From: Orbicella franksi
Lineage: Eukaryota
Direction: 5' to 3'
Assembly (NCBI GenBank): GCA_964199315.1
Contig: OZ116703.1
Location: 16,616,001 to 16,680,000, forward strand
DNA: 64,000 nucleotides
Shown here: positions 1 to 12,478 of the stretch, in pieces
Layout: the number at the start of each line of letters is the position of its first letter
Position numbering within the stretch: position 1 is the stretch's first letter
Position numbers and translations under genes: made by a program
Notes under the pieces: model-generated
Seen by the model: the letters and a program-made list of their open reading frames with translations, nothing else
Database searches by the model: none
What the model was told of the DNA's origin: nothing

Positions 1-1818
1 AAAATAAGAAAACAAATGAAGCTGTTAAAGCGAATGAAAGAAGTAATCAGACTTGCGTAGGTTGGTTTCAAAAGATGCCTTTGTTTGGTATGTTAATGCT
101 ACCGAAATCAAACTCTGATCAGTCTTCAAAATAGAGTAATAATTTGTTGGTTGTTTGCTGAAGCAATGGAAATCCTTCTATAATGAGCTGAAGTTCATAC
201 GAGCTATCAGTTACCAAATTGCTTTCATTTATGGTGCTAGCGTGTTCGTTAAAAGCCCTTTAGTTTTCAGCGAGTTTAGGAGGCAATTGGGCTTCACATA
301 AAGGATCAGTTTCGAGTGGCTTGGCTCAGATTTCGGCGACGAGTGCGGATTAAAGTGATTTTGAATAGTGTGTTTATTGCAACCTGTTCTTTTGTTTTGC
401 TTGACAGACTTGACAGATAACGTGGAATAACTAAGAAAATATTGTTGTTACCCGTGGAGCAAGTCGACTGTTGTGGACTTTTGAGAGATTCAGTGAAGAG
501 GAACTGATAAAAACCCATCAAATGCTGCGCTACGAGCCGATGGCTGTGGAACTCAGACTATCAATTAAGTGAATTCTGGAACAATTTTCAACTTGGCTGT
601 TGACCATCCTCAACAAACACACGAGGCAAGGGGATAAAAATATACATTTACTGTGTCCCTCATTTTACGTGATCCTCAACAACCTCCTTCAGTGTCACCG
701 AAGAGGTATTAACTTGTTCAAGTTAGAGGTATAAATTTTGAGAACGTTGAAATTCAAAAAGAACCCTTTTTTTTTTTTTACAAAGACTCCAAGTTTTATA
801 TGGAGACGTGAATGAAGATTTTCTCGAGAAGACAAAGACAGCGCCACGAGACAGGTCTTTTCAAAAAGGTGTGACTTTGGAGAGTATTCTTTGAGAATTA
901 AAATTTGATGAGCTGTATGTAAAAGATCAGCTTGATGAAACATTAATAAACCCTGCCTTGCAAAATCACCATTATTCACTTCGCTTGAGTGCCGAGATTT
1001 GTTTGCAAAAGGAAAAATAAATCCTTCTTTGCTTTCGTCTGAGAAAAGACGGAAAAGATGTAATTGGAAGAGTGAACCTTTCAGAAAATCGTCCTTTGAA
1101 ATTGCGCGTTCTATTTTACGGCAATGCCGATAAAATTCATCACCTTTTGTAAAGAGATTTATGCCGAACAGCTTGGAACAATTTAGATCCAATATTTTAA
1201 AAATCTCTGCTTTTTATCTTCCAAAATGAAGTAACTAATGTTACACTGTTAGAAATATTGTGTTGGCAAATACAATTTGTTACCTGTAAATTAGAATGCA
1301 CAAAGATTTATGGACAAACGGTGACGGCTAAAAACCCGCATTAGGTAATATTTCAGTGTACAGGAACAGAGATTTCAACAAGTCACGACAGAAAATTCTG
1401 AAAAAAATAACACTTGTTTACTGCTGTGGAATATTTCATATTGTCGGGGTGTTGTGTAGTTTCAGTAATATATTGAAGAATTCCACTTTGCTTCGAAGCT
1501 TTAGCTTTTAACAAAAGAGCAACTTCTAAGAAGCCAATGAAATGCGGCGGCTTTTCTTGGTCTTACTACCATGGCAACACAATGTTAGGTTCTGCAGCTC
1601 TCGAAATTATTTTTTGTCTCTTGACAAAAGGAAGAAATGAGTCCTTTGACACGCCTTGTCGGTATTGGCTGGCGGGTGTCTTTCACACCAGTCTCAATCA
1701 AGAGCTGCGGGCATTCAACACACAATTGGACAGCTTTGCAAACGCGTCCTCTATATTTGTAGCGAATTTACCAGTTAATTTAGTTTTGAGCAACGAACCT
1801 CGAACGCAACAACACGAC

Positions 1819-2044
1819 ATGGACCTGGTTCGACATCAATACGTTTACCCGCATCATCATCCGTATCGCCTGGGAGGTATGAGATATGGAGCCGTATCAC
1901 CTTATCAAGTGGTGACCATCCCCCGTTGCACCTGCGAGTGTTACTGCGAGAGGAATCGAGTGCAGTTTGTCGAAGGTGAATCTAGGAACTTGTCGGACCC
2001 CGCTAGAGAAGGACGAGGCAGGGATATGGATGACCTTAAAAACG
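1819..2044 (+). CDS. Divergent PRD-class (Uncx-like) homeobox gene 1, exon 1 of 3 (join 1819-2044,5235-5392,5941-6111; 184 aa)
   Basis: ATG at 1819 in the frame of ORF 1537-2142 (MDLVRHQYVYPHHHPY...DLKN). Phase-1 donor AACG|gtatgg joins in frame to the homeobox exon. The start codon is inferred. Confidence 0.75.
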
Positions 2045-4849
2045 GTATGGTCAGTTTCAAGCTACGTTGTACTATAACTGAGTTTCTTTCCTTTACATTA
2101 TCAGCGAATAAGCAATATAAATGTTTACCAAGTTCTCACTGAGAAGTTCTAAACGAGCCTTTTTGCGGGTTTTAAACATCCGGTTTTATCAAAACACGGT
2201 ATTTAACACGATTTAAACGATGATTACTGCAATTAGTAGGTTCATTTTCGGCCGGTCCAATATCGCTGATCTGGCTTTGTGTGATTTTGTGACTGAGAAA
2301 CGGCAATGAATTCAACTGAAGAACCGGTCCAAAATGGCAGTCTTCGCCTGATGAAATTTTGACTAAAACATTGAACAACACTGAATATTTGCGTCCTTGA
2401 TTTACTCAAGGAGTGGCTGCATTGAGTCAAAATATAGGTTTTTCGTGAAGAAACTTACTGTCAAAGCTTGCATTGCTAAGTTTCTTTAGGGCTCGAATAA
2501 ATCCAGAACTAACTTTCATTAGAGAAAATTCAAGTACCTAATTGTCTTCAAAGCACAAAAACAGTTGCCTTCTGTTGCAGAGGTTAATCTTTTCCACTTC
2601 GATATGGTTTTGTTTCGGAAATGTTTCGATTTCAATGAACAATAGTTCGGTAGCTTTAATAATGAACTTTGATTTCTGATCTCACTTAAGTACTTTTGTG
2701 ATCTCTCTTTTCCGGCTGATAAGAGGCTAATTTCAGATAAATTTAATCGAAAATTATTCCTCTTTTCTACCACTAATGCAAGAAGAGATTTACGCACTGA
2801 TATCAAAATTTGAATCGTATATTGGTTTTCCAGCACGCCTACGGCAAATGGGCAGACGTCCCGATATTTCACTAATAGTAAATGTTTTGTTATACATTTC
2901 ATAGTACAATCCTTCGTGGGCCATGAAACTTTATATCTTGGCATCGTAGTAACTCTCCTTTTTTTTTTAAATAAATAATTTTGTTTCTAATAATAAATGC
3001 TTATTAACGTATGCAGAATCGTTACAACTTAAAATATACAACATTTTCAAACACTTTCGTTCATAGATTGACTTTATTTCGCCCTTCACCCCCATAAAAC
3101 TTCAACTTTCAAGCAGTTCTTTTGTGTTGTAAACCAACTGACTTTGTCACTTCTTCGTCAGTTCTATTTCGCTGTTTTTCAAACAGGAGCGTCAAAACTG
3201 ATCGACTTGAATCAAACGCAGTAAATGTTTTTGACAATGGCCCGGCAAAAGCATCAATTAATTTACGGTATTCGTTTGAAATTCATTTACTAGCTGGCAC
3301 GCCAGAGAAAAAGGAGCGATCGAATGAAGCAGAAATATCAAGGAAGTCCTTTATTTGATATGAATCTCTTCCAATATGTCACTCTTTTACGGATCGATTT
3401 TGACATAAAATTCAAGGTAATTAACTTCCGATCGATACTTTGGTTGGACGATCTTTGTGCAGCTGTCAGCTTATGAAAACAGAAAACCCGCGCCCAACGA
3501 TCACCCTTGTTTTGAAGAATACACAAAAGCAAGTTTTTATATCAACCTTGATTCAAAAATTCACACCATCCAAGTATTTCTTAATTGCTTCATTAACGCT
3601 ATAAATGCAGCCTTCGGGCGGTAAAGATATTTCCCTTACGAGAAATTTGCGTCTAGGTATTATAATTGTAATGATCTACGCAAATTGGTCATTTAAAGCG
3701 AGGAGGTAACACTTAACCGAATAGTTGCGCTCAAAGGATTCTAGTTTTATAATAATATTCTTCTGATAAATCGTTATTCAGTTTTTCTCTTTCAATGTTG
3801 CGGTTTTCTGGCATAATACATATTTTTGAAAGCGAAATGAAAAAAAAAAAAAAAAAAAAAAAAACCCTGGCAAAGTGTAAAGCCATGCTATCCGAAGGCC
3901 AATCAATTTAATTTCGGATAAAATTCGAGATGATACCGAAAGTGTTTTTTTTTATTATTATCATTAAATTATCATTTATTTAACCGATTTTCAACTATTC
4001 ATTTTAGTTTCTTCATATTTTAACTATAAATTTGTTTTTCTCTGTGATACGCATTTATTTAGGATGCATAAAGCAATATTATTTTTAGTGAAATATTTGA
4101 TGTCAATCACGTTTTCGGCCAACCAAAGAATCCCACTTTTATTTGCCTTTCTCCATTTCATCCGGACAGTTTATTTCAGAGCTATGAAGACGCAAAAAGA
4201 AAGAAAGAAAGGACAGATTGAATGCTTGTTTGATTCTCTGGCTGTTTTACTAATCATTTTAAATCGTCTAATTAAATACAAGAAGACCTAGATGTATTTC
4301 TAATAATTGGCGATTTTTCCCTGTGCGCGGTTCAATAAATGAACAAAGGCTATAGTCTCGATCTTGATTGATTCCACTGTGAAATATTCTATGTCATAAT
4401 TTTATCGTGGCATGTCCAGAGACTGTGTTTTACCACCTTGAATACAGTATTAACACATACGTACAGGTGACCGCGGATTTAGCTATTCTGTTGACCTGTG
4501 TAAACTAGAGATGTCCAAAGATGCAAATAACGCCGCTTGCTAGTTAAACAGCGCCTCTGGGAGGGACTTCTTTATGTGAATTGGGTTCACAAACAACTTG
4601 CACCACTTGATTGACAGCTTACACGGTCGGTACCGTTGATCTCTCTTAGACCTTTCCTGATATGCTGTTAAGTGAAGTGTTGGCCAAGCTATCAAGGGTC
4701 CGGATATGTTGGAGTAGCGATAATGATGAAATTAAAACCAGAAATCAAAACCAAATCTCAGTTATGTCTCGAGTTCCGCCGTTAACTTGAATTTAAAGCT
4801 AACAAGTGAAGCATTATTGCCAGACAGTTTGCCACAATAAATCGCAAAC

Positions 4850-5740
4850 TGCATTTAACCCAAGTCCTCCAATGTCTTTTCAAAAATGTCATAGAAACAA
4901 ATTTGAATCTCTGGACTCTTGGGCTCAGCATTCATCGAAAGCTCTGCTCAGTAGCTTTCATTTAAATGGTGACACACTTAAAAGTTATGACCACCTTATA
5001 CACATGTTCACATGTTCCATATAGTGCTACCAGTTTTCATTTTTTGTGGTCACACAGTGAGATTGCAACCTCAGGAAGAAAACACGAGTGGTAGTGAAAA
5101 GATTAAATCCATTTATTTTAGATCCCATCTTAACCCTCGCTTTACTATATTGTTATAAGTCAACGCACTTCTCATTTTCTCTTCAACAAATTCATATGCG
5201 CTCCACTTATTTGTACCGTTTCAATTTTTTGCAGACTTTTGCCACGACAAAACAGGCAGGAGAAACCGAACCACTTACAAAAGATGGCAGATCGATGAAC
5301 TTGAAAGGGCGTTCTCTATTAATCCATACCCGACCAGTGTATATAAGAAGACTCTTGCACTAAGGCTGGGTCTTAGGGACTCGCGAGTTCAGGTGATAAA
5401 CTTTCACATATTTCAATTGAGGAGTCGAAGGAAGGGTTTCATTGCCAAAAACGAGCTTTTCACATGCCAAATGGGGTTGAATTCTACTCTAAGGAAACAA
5501 TACGGTAACAACGTCAAAATACTTCTCAATAGCTTACACTCGGGTTTCATACATGGACTCAAAAGTTACAACCAACTTGCACCACATGAAAGTACTGCTC
5601 AATAGTTTTTATTTGAATGGTCACACAAGAAAGTCCCTTCCACAGATTAAGATGATAAAACCGCCTCGGCAGCCAGCATATAAATAAACTGTACCATTAA
5701 AAATACTGCGCAATAGCTTTCGTTTGAATGTTCAGAAGGA
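4850..5740. repeat. Degenerate intronic repeat units flanking exon 2 of gene 1
   Basis: Core CTGCTCARTAGYTTTYATTTRAATGGTSACAC recurs at about 4944-4977, 5594-5626 and 5705-5734, and partially at 5521-5540. Confidence 0.6.
5235..5392 (+). CDS. Homeobox gene 1, exon 2 (homeodomain residues 1-46)
   Basis: Acceptor ttttttgcag| and donor GTTCAG|gtgata. Translates (D)FCHDKT-GRRNRTTYKRWQIDELERAFSINPYPTSVYKKTLALRLGLRDSRVQ. It is 158 nt, the same length as exon 2 of gene 2. The ORF track misses it. Confidence 0.9.
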
Positions 5741-5940
5741 TTTCAACATCAATGGACAACGGTCTTAAAGACTAAGACCACGTTGATTGCTAGGTATATG
5801 GTTGAACTCACTTTGGGGTGAAACAGGTCAATATACTTCAATGTTAATGTTTAAACCTAGAAATTAAGATGGTCTTACAGATACACAAAGTTTTAAGATT
5901 TTTTTTAAACTGATCTAAACTGATCTGACCGCTCTTTCAG

Positions 5941-6111
5941 GTTTGGTTTCAAAACCGTCGAGCAAAAGCAAAACGGGAAAGGCATGGCTCGACTGAATGT
6001 TACCCCAACGATACAGAGGCTGAACTCACGGAAGAGGAGCAGTCAGCCGACACAGAACATCCGGTTGATGTTGAAGAAAACAAAGAACTCGAACAAGTAG
6101 ATGTCGATTGA
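5941..6111 (+). CDS. Homeobox gene 1, exon 3 (helix 3 plus acidic tail)
   Basis: Acceptor ctctttcag|. Translates VWFQNRRAKAKRERHGSTECYPNDTEAELTEEEQSADTEHPVDVEENKELEQVDVD*. AATAAA at 6248-6253. Confidence 0.92.
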   Translation, partial: VWFQNRRAKAKRERHGSTECYPNDTEAELTEEEQSADTEHPVDVEENKELEQVDVD

Positions 6112-6399
6112 GTCTGTGGTTCTCTTTTACTGCATCTAAGACCAGGCTGAACTAGGTTTGAATCGAAGTGAATTTGTTATATCTTCGATTTAACAATACT
6201 GGGGCTTTGTCCTGTTTCAGAGAGTGAAGAATATTTCTACTGAAACAAATAAAAGTGGAGGAACTAGATGAGAACCCTCCTGGAGACGGTTAAAAATCTG
6301 CCACATTGCATCAATCTTGGCTTTATGAATAGTTCACAGACTTCTCATAGTGCTAATTTGTCAGCTACTAATAATAATACAACCAGATCATGATGAACG

Positions 6400-6890
6400 T
6401 GTTATGTATAGGAGGTCTGTATATGGGAGAATCTTGACCTCGGTCGTGAGTACAGACCGAACGCAGCGAGGTGTGAACATACGACCGAGGTCAAGATTCT
6501 CCCATACAGACCGACTAAGCTCGGTTAATAAGATCTTTATTATATGGCAACAAGAAAAATTTAATTCGTTTTATGTAACTGGTTTGTACTAACTGACACT
6601 TTGCTTGTGTTCAGCAATGAGCTGAATCTAATTCCGCCAAACTTCGCTCGTCCTGTTTACTTTTTTTTTCTCATCAGGCTTTTTGGGACTTCCATAAATA
6701 AATATTGTTTGAAGAAAATAGCCAATATTTTTGTATTTTAGTTTGCGACTTTTTTGCCGCAAAACATTACCGGTCTAGATGCCGATCTAGATGGGGAAAT
6801 CTAGACCGCTTTCAATATCCATTTCAGCCAATCAAATTCCTGAATTCGGTTGTTCCCAGTCCTTGTGAGACACAGTCGTATAATAAAAGT
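6400..6890. mobile_element. Non-autonomous interspersed element with a long internal inverted repeat
   Basis: Arms ggtctgt(at)atgggagaatcttgacctcggtcgt (6414-6447) and acgaccgaggtcaagattctcccatacagacc (6481-6512) are reverse complements apart from a 2-nt insertion. Outer limits are approximate. Confidence 0.6.
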
Positions 6891-6899
6891 TCTTTGTGC

Positions 6900-7067
6900 T
6901 TGATTGATGAACGTCATACTCATACTCACTCTGATTGGCTGAAGCATACGTCACACACGCGTTTCTTGAGCCCTTCATTCAGGTTGATTGATGAACGTCA
7001 TACTCATACTCACTCTGATTGGCTAGAGCATACGTCACACACGCGTTTCTTGAGCTCTTCATTCAGG
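6900..7067. repeat. Tandem duplication, 2 x 84 bp
   Basis: 6900-6983 and 6984-7067 are nearly identical, with about 3-4 substitutions. Confidence 0.95.
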
Positions 7068-8380
7068 GCGCTACCTTCTTCCGCCCTGCTGGTACATTAG
7101 TGCAAACAGTTTTGATTTGGACAACGCATAATTACTGACTTATTATTTTAAACTCTTTTGCATTTCATCTTTCTTCTCAAGTAGATTTACAAGCTCAGAG
7201 CACTCTTCCTAAGATCATGTGAAAGCAGTGTGTGTTTTCTTTTAATTTATCAGCGTTTTTCGACCGCGTTATTTATAGTACTGAAAAATGTAAGAAATAG
7301 GATTTGAGGCCTAGATGTATCATACTGTAAATAGAAATAAAGTATAACTGAACACATGCACATCTTTTGATGTCTCTTTTACTTGAAGAAAAATTCGCAA
7401 CCAACCAATCAGAATTTCTATTGCTGTCACTTTACTGTCAAGGAAAGACCCTTTTTCTCGTCGTGTCCGCCATCTTGGAACTGAGAACGAGGCTGCGAAA
7501 GTAAGTTTTCCCGCCAAACACAAGTGTGCTAAGCCACGTGCGTCTCTAGGCCCGCGGGAAACCCGCGTCACTTTTCGCAGCTGTCTGAACAAATCATCCT
7601 CGATAGAATTAAAAAACCAATAACATTCGACGCTCTTCTCGCTAAATTCACCGCTGGAGGAAAGAAGTATAGCATTAAATGGTAAGCTTACAAAATTTAT
7701 AATATAAAGCAGTTCAATTCAAGCTTAAATTATAAGCAGCTGATTTAGACTTACTGCTTTTATTGATCGACAAGAAACACATGTCTATACATTTCGTCTT
7801 GCGGAGAGCCTTGTTCGGCAATACGAAATTAAAGTCAGTAATAAGTCTACAGTGAATTTAGTTACGATAAATACTTAATTGACCTAATAGTGAAGTTTTG
7901 GGGTGCTTTAGCCACATATCAGTCTGTTTTTTCCTCGCCATACAGATTTCGACTCGACTGTAATTCACGAAAGGGCGAACCAACCGCGACCAAACTTGAA
8001 TAATTTGTCGCAGAAGCCGAACGAGCAAACGACAGTTTTGCGATTAGGTATGCTTTATGATAAAATTTACATAAAGTAGTCTATTTACATGATCTAATTC
8101 TTTGAAAGCCGAACGCACGAGTGAAATTGTGGTGTCATTTCCAATGCGGAGCTTGCAAGTGAACTAGCCATTTCAATGTTTTTTTCATAAATTTCCATCG
8201 ATACCATTTGGTAGAATATGGTTTTCAGTCAAGACTCGTGTTCTACTGTGATATCGATAACCAGCTGCAGGTCGTCAAATAATTCTTAGTCCTGTCTACT
8301 TGAATCAGTTGTTCTTAAAAGGTAAATACGTCAAGGACCTTTTTCATTTAGTTAACGCAGAAGTTTGCTTTGGTAGTGTG

Positions 8381-8418
<38 letters not shown>

Positions 8419-8778
8419 ACCAACGGCAACAAATTGTCCATAGGCTAGCAGTTCTTTAGTGCAGCGCTTAAATTTCTCCGGTTTCAGAAGCTAGCTTTAA
8501 ATGACGTATTAGAGTTTTGCCACTACCTTCTGAGTGGGATACATTGCTGCCAATGGCGGATTTAGGAGAGAGGCCTCACTCTTAATAAACAACAACAACA
8601 ACAATACCAACGGCAACAAATTGTCCATAGGTTAGCAGTTCTTTAGTGCAGCGCTTAAATTTCTCCGGTTTCAGAAGCTAGCTTTAAATGATATGACGTA
8701 TTAGAGTTTTGCCGCTACCTTCTGAGTGGGATACATTGCTGCCACTGGCGGATTTAGGAGAGAGGCCTCACCCTTAAT
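8381..8778. repeat. Tandem duplication of a ~200-bp unit, each copy headed by a (CAA)n microsatellite
   Basis: Copy 1 (8381-8586) has about 12 CAA and copy 2 (about 8588-8778) has about 5 CAA. The bodies are near-identical, with a 5-nt insertion in copy 2. Confidence 0.93.
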
Positions 8779-8943
8779 GTTTTAAAATATTGGACTAAAT
8801 GGCCAACCCCCCCTTCCCTATTCAACCGAGAAACCTTAACTACCCCTCCCTACCGCACCTTTATATTTTCACAATAATCCATTTACTGTATACTGTATAT
8901 TCGAGGAATTTCGGTGTGCTTACTGAGTTAAGAGAAACATGTG

Positions 8944-9297
8944 TGTTACGAAAAATTGTCTAAGTCTAGTCCTAGAACAATCTAGAACCTGAAGTCATTC
9001 AGCCGTGACCAATTTGTATAAGAACATTCCAGAACATTCTAATCCTTATGTAATTACTCAGATTAGAAACCGTGTCCGACTACTTAATTTAGCTTGTAAT
9101 AGAAGTTTCTAGAACTTTGAGCCTCGTGTATATTAGAGCGAGAGTTTCTTCTGTAAGAGAAATTGATTCAAATTTGATGAAGCTTAGTGCTGTAAATTCG
9201 TGAAGTTATCTTACGGAAATAAATTAGTTTGTTGCTGTTACCGGCGATCCTGAGTTCTGTCTGGAAACAACCCTGCTCTACAACGATACTCGTAACA
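8944..9297 (+). mobile_element. Solo LTR (354 bp; BEL/Pao- or Gypsy-type)
   Basis: Termini TGTTACGA...TCGTAACA form a perfect 8-bp inverted repeat with TG...CA ends. Perfect 5-bp TSD ATGTG (8939-8943, 9298-9302). Internal TATA-like tract near 9128 and AATAAA at 9218-9223 suggest + orientation. Confidence 0.88.
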
Positions 9298-12200
9298 ATG
9301 TGCTTATGTTTGAAGAAAGATGTTAAAGTACAGCCTAGGAGGTTTGTATTAATTCGCTCAAACTTCTACGAGTCTTGTTAGTACACCTACAAAATGATTT
9401 CCATTTTCTTTACAAAAGTTCCTATCAAGAACTTTTTCTGCCTCGGGGTTTTGCGTCAATCTGAGAGCGCATTTCTATTAGACTGTTTTTATTAACCTTG
9501 TAGTGAAAAAGTCCGGCCCTATCCCCCACTTGGGGGCAAGGAACTAAGATTAAGAAGTGAAAAAGTACTGTGCGCCACCTAAGAATGGAATAAAACCATT
9601 ATGAATCCGGTTCCTCAATTACTGGTATCTCACGCCAGGCTACCGCACCTCCTGACGATACCCTTACAACCATGGTAACCAGTCTCGATATCTGAGTGCG
9701 TGCAGGCTCTACAAGCAACTGATTAGTAGATTTCAACCGTTTTACTTACTGGTATACATTTGGTGATGTTAGACTCCAGATCTCATGTTACCATTACCAA
9801 AATAGTACATTCAAAATTGTATATCTCCCAAATGTGACCACGCCGTTGACCTCTTCAGAAGACGATGCCTTTGAAGTTGTTGCGAAATGTAAATAGTTGT
9901 TGTTGTACCCCTGACCTGTACAACTACACCGCAGAGTTCTACCCCACCAAGAGAATTTCATTATCTTCACTGCACTGCACGGAGGACAAAACATTGACAA
10001 GACAACCAGTCATGGGGTCTGTGTAATTCATTAATCTCCAACACAGACGTTTTTTTTAGGTAGACTACAACAAAACAAAGATAAATCTCTTAGTGTGCAT
10101 TTAAAGTGATGAAACACGGGGTGATTAAAATTTAATATGTTATTTCAAAGAGCAATTAATGGCATGGGGGAGAAATTGAACGAACGAAACAAGGAACACT
10201 GAATCTCTGTTGTCAATTTACTCATTAAAGTTTGGATCCTCAAAAACGAATATTGAAATAAAACAAGACTGTTCAGTGCAATCATGTTGAAAGACTTGGA
10301 ATGTGAAAAGACAATGTTGGATTCTTTATTTAGAAGAAAGTTCTGGTTTTGCATACATGCCCCCGGCGAGAGTCACTATGTTGGAAATATTTGATCCGCA
10401 GATCAAGAATGAATGTGGGTCACCCAGTTCTCAGTCCTGTCAGGCCCATTCTAAAATGATAAGTCAACCTCTCCATATCCATGACGGAAATTCCTTTTCT
10501 TCGTGGAGATCAGTGCATTTCCCTTCTTTAGGGAAATTCTTCTTGCCGGCTTGAGCACAGAAAAGTTAATTGGGAAGGAAGATGAATGCCGGTCGCATTA
10601 ACTGCCGGGGAACAGGTGGATGCGTTCGAGAGGGTGCAAAGTGTTTCTAATTCACTCTGTAACCTTAATATTGCACCAAGTGTTCTAAAAATAACCAAAC
10701 ATGTAAATTATACGGGTCTATAAGGAATAAAGTACTTTTGTAGTTTGGTCAGGAGTTATTCCGAAAACGATGAAATATGCCATGAAGGAATCGAAAAAAT
10801 ATCATTTTTCAGTTCATGATTAGAGGCCATACCGGTTTTCTCCATTTCTCTGAATTGTCTAAAAATAGCAGTATACTGTTTTTGGACAAACAAGCAAGAG
10901 TTGCTCAATTGACCCTGCTTCAGAGTGGAACGGGTAGACATAACAAGAAGATTATTCGATGGACAGACAGATACTATACATTTGTTATAAATAATAGTCT
11001 GAAACGCACTGATCCGAGTGACAATAGGCTCTATGAGGCAGTATACTTCTTAATGATTCAAGTCCTTTTAGTGACATTGACAGTGATGTAACCTACAATA
11101 TTGGTCAATAGTTCCTTCCGTACTGAATAATGGAAAGGTACGTTTCAGACGCAGAATCGTTGAGTTACATTCTGTCCATCGTTGGTGATGCCGGCCCACT
11201 ATACGTCCGGTATCACATTTTTTGCTGGAGAACTTTGAATTAAGTGATTTCAAACCGAAAAGCGTTAAATGATTTACACTGTTGCTGTGCTACATGTACC
11301 AGACAAAAATATATCCAGAAGATTAAACCGAAAAGGCTTTAAATGATTTGTACTGCCACCAGACATGGGTATTCACGGGATTAAATAGCTAACTAAGAAA
11401 CCGTTCGGTGAAATGTTTGCTGAAAGCTATAGGCTGACATAAATTGGATCTACTCTTGTTGGCAAGTTTTAATCACGCCATAAACCTCTTTGCACCTCTT
11501 TTTAAAAACTCTTGAGATTCCTTCTTTGTTTTGCACCACAATCTGCAAATCAGCTCGAACCGGATGACCTATAATTTCTGGCTGTTTCGAATTTAAGGAT
11601 TGACTTTTAAAATGCCGATGGAGCACCGTGCATTTTGGCCCGGCATGTGGCCATTGAGTTAATAGACGAGATTAATACCATTCTTTGCATATTAAACCGA
11701 TGAAAACTTAAGTCAATTAATGGCGTTCCCAGCTGATCAACACTACTGAATCAATCGAATTAGGATATCACGTTACGTGCCCGAAGTCAAAACGGGGTCA
11801 TCAAACGACATTTAGCGCGATGGAGTTGAAAATATTCCACGGCGTCATTGCAATTTGTGAATCAGTAACACCCTGCAAGTCAATCATCGCTTTTGAGTGC
11901 GATTCTACACTTTTTAGAAGGTTCGATGAATAAAGTTTTTAATTATCTCGTCGGATTTTCACCTTTCTGACCCTTCATTCCCACTAAATTGACGCAGCTG
12001 TACATTTCATACCCCATATAAAATGTACAGCGCAAGAAAGAAAATATCAAACAGACAAACAGACACGGACCACCACAGGTCACCATTTTAGACCGTTGTG
12101 TCATGAAATAACTTTGGGCATAGGCTCTCCATTGGTTTGAACTTCTTTGAGATGTTCAAGGTGACGTTATGTACAAGTCATTATACTTTAAAAACATGGC

Positions 12201-12407
12201 AAGAGCTTAACGGTATTTTCTTCATAAAAAGAGATCTCTCATATGTTGCAAATTAAAGCGGTATATTAATACTTTAGAAAGTTCCCGATGTCTGAGAATG
12301 ATTGTTTAGCACGTGCTATTAAACCAGTGGAAGGAAACAGCGAGAAAATCATACAATACCAGCTAAATTGATATTTACAATCTTGTTCTTTCCTAGAACG
12401 GTTTCAA

Positions 12408-12478
12408 TCTCCCGGAGATCCAAACGTAAACGCCATAATAAAACTTGGTATGGCGTTTAAGTTTGGATCTCCGGGAGA
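12408..12478. other. 71-nt fold-back (30-bp stem, 1 mismatch, 11-nt loop)
   Basis: 12408-12437 pairs with 12449-12478 except for G12426/A12460. Confidence 0.9.

Noticed and set aside
1537-2142. 201-aa ORF as a stand-alone gene
   Set aside because: Only 1819-2044 fits a spliced model. The 5' part overlaps promoter-like sequence and the 3' part runs past a good donor into intron.
3840-3864. 25-nt poly-A run as a retrocopy tail
   Set aside because: No upstream SINE or mRNA body and no TSD recognised. Treated as a simple homopolymer.
1819-6111. Gene 1 as a pseudogene
   Set aside because: All three exons are open and in phase, GT-AG sites are intact, the recognition helix is invariant and a polyA signal is present. 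It cannot be fully excluded without expression data.
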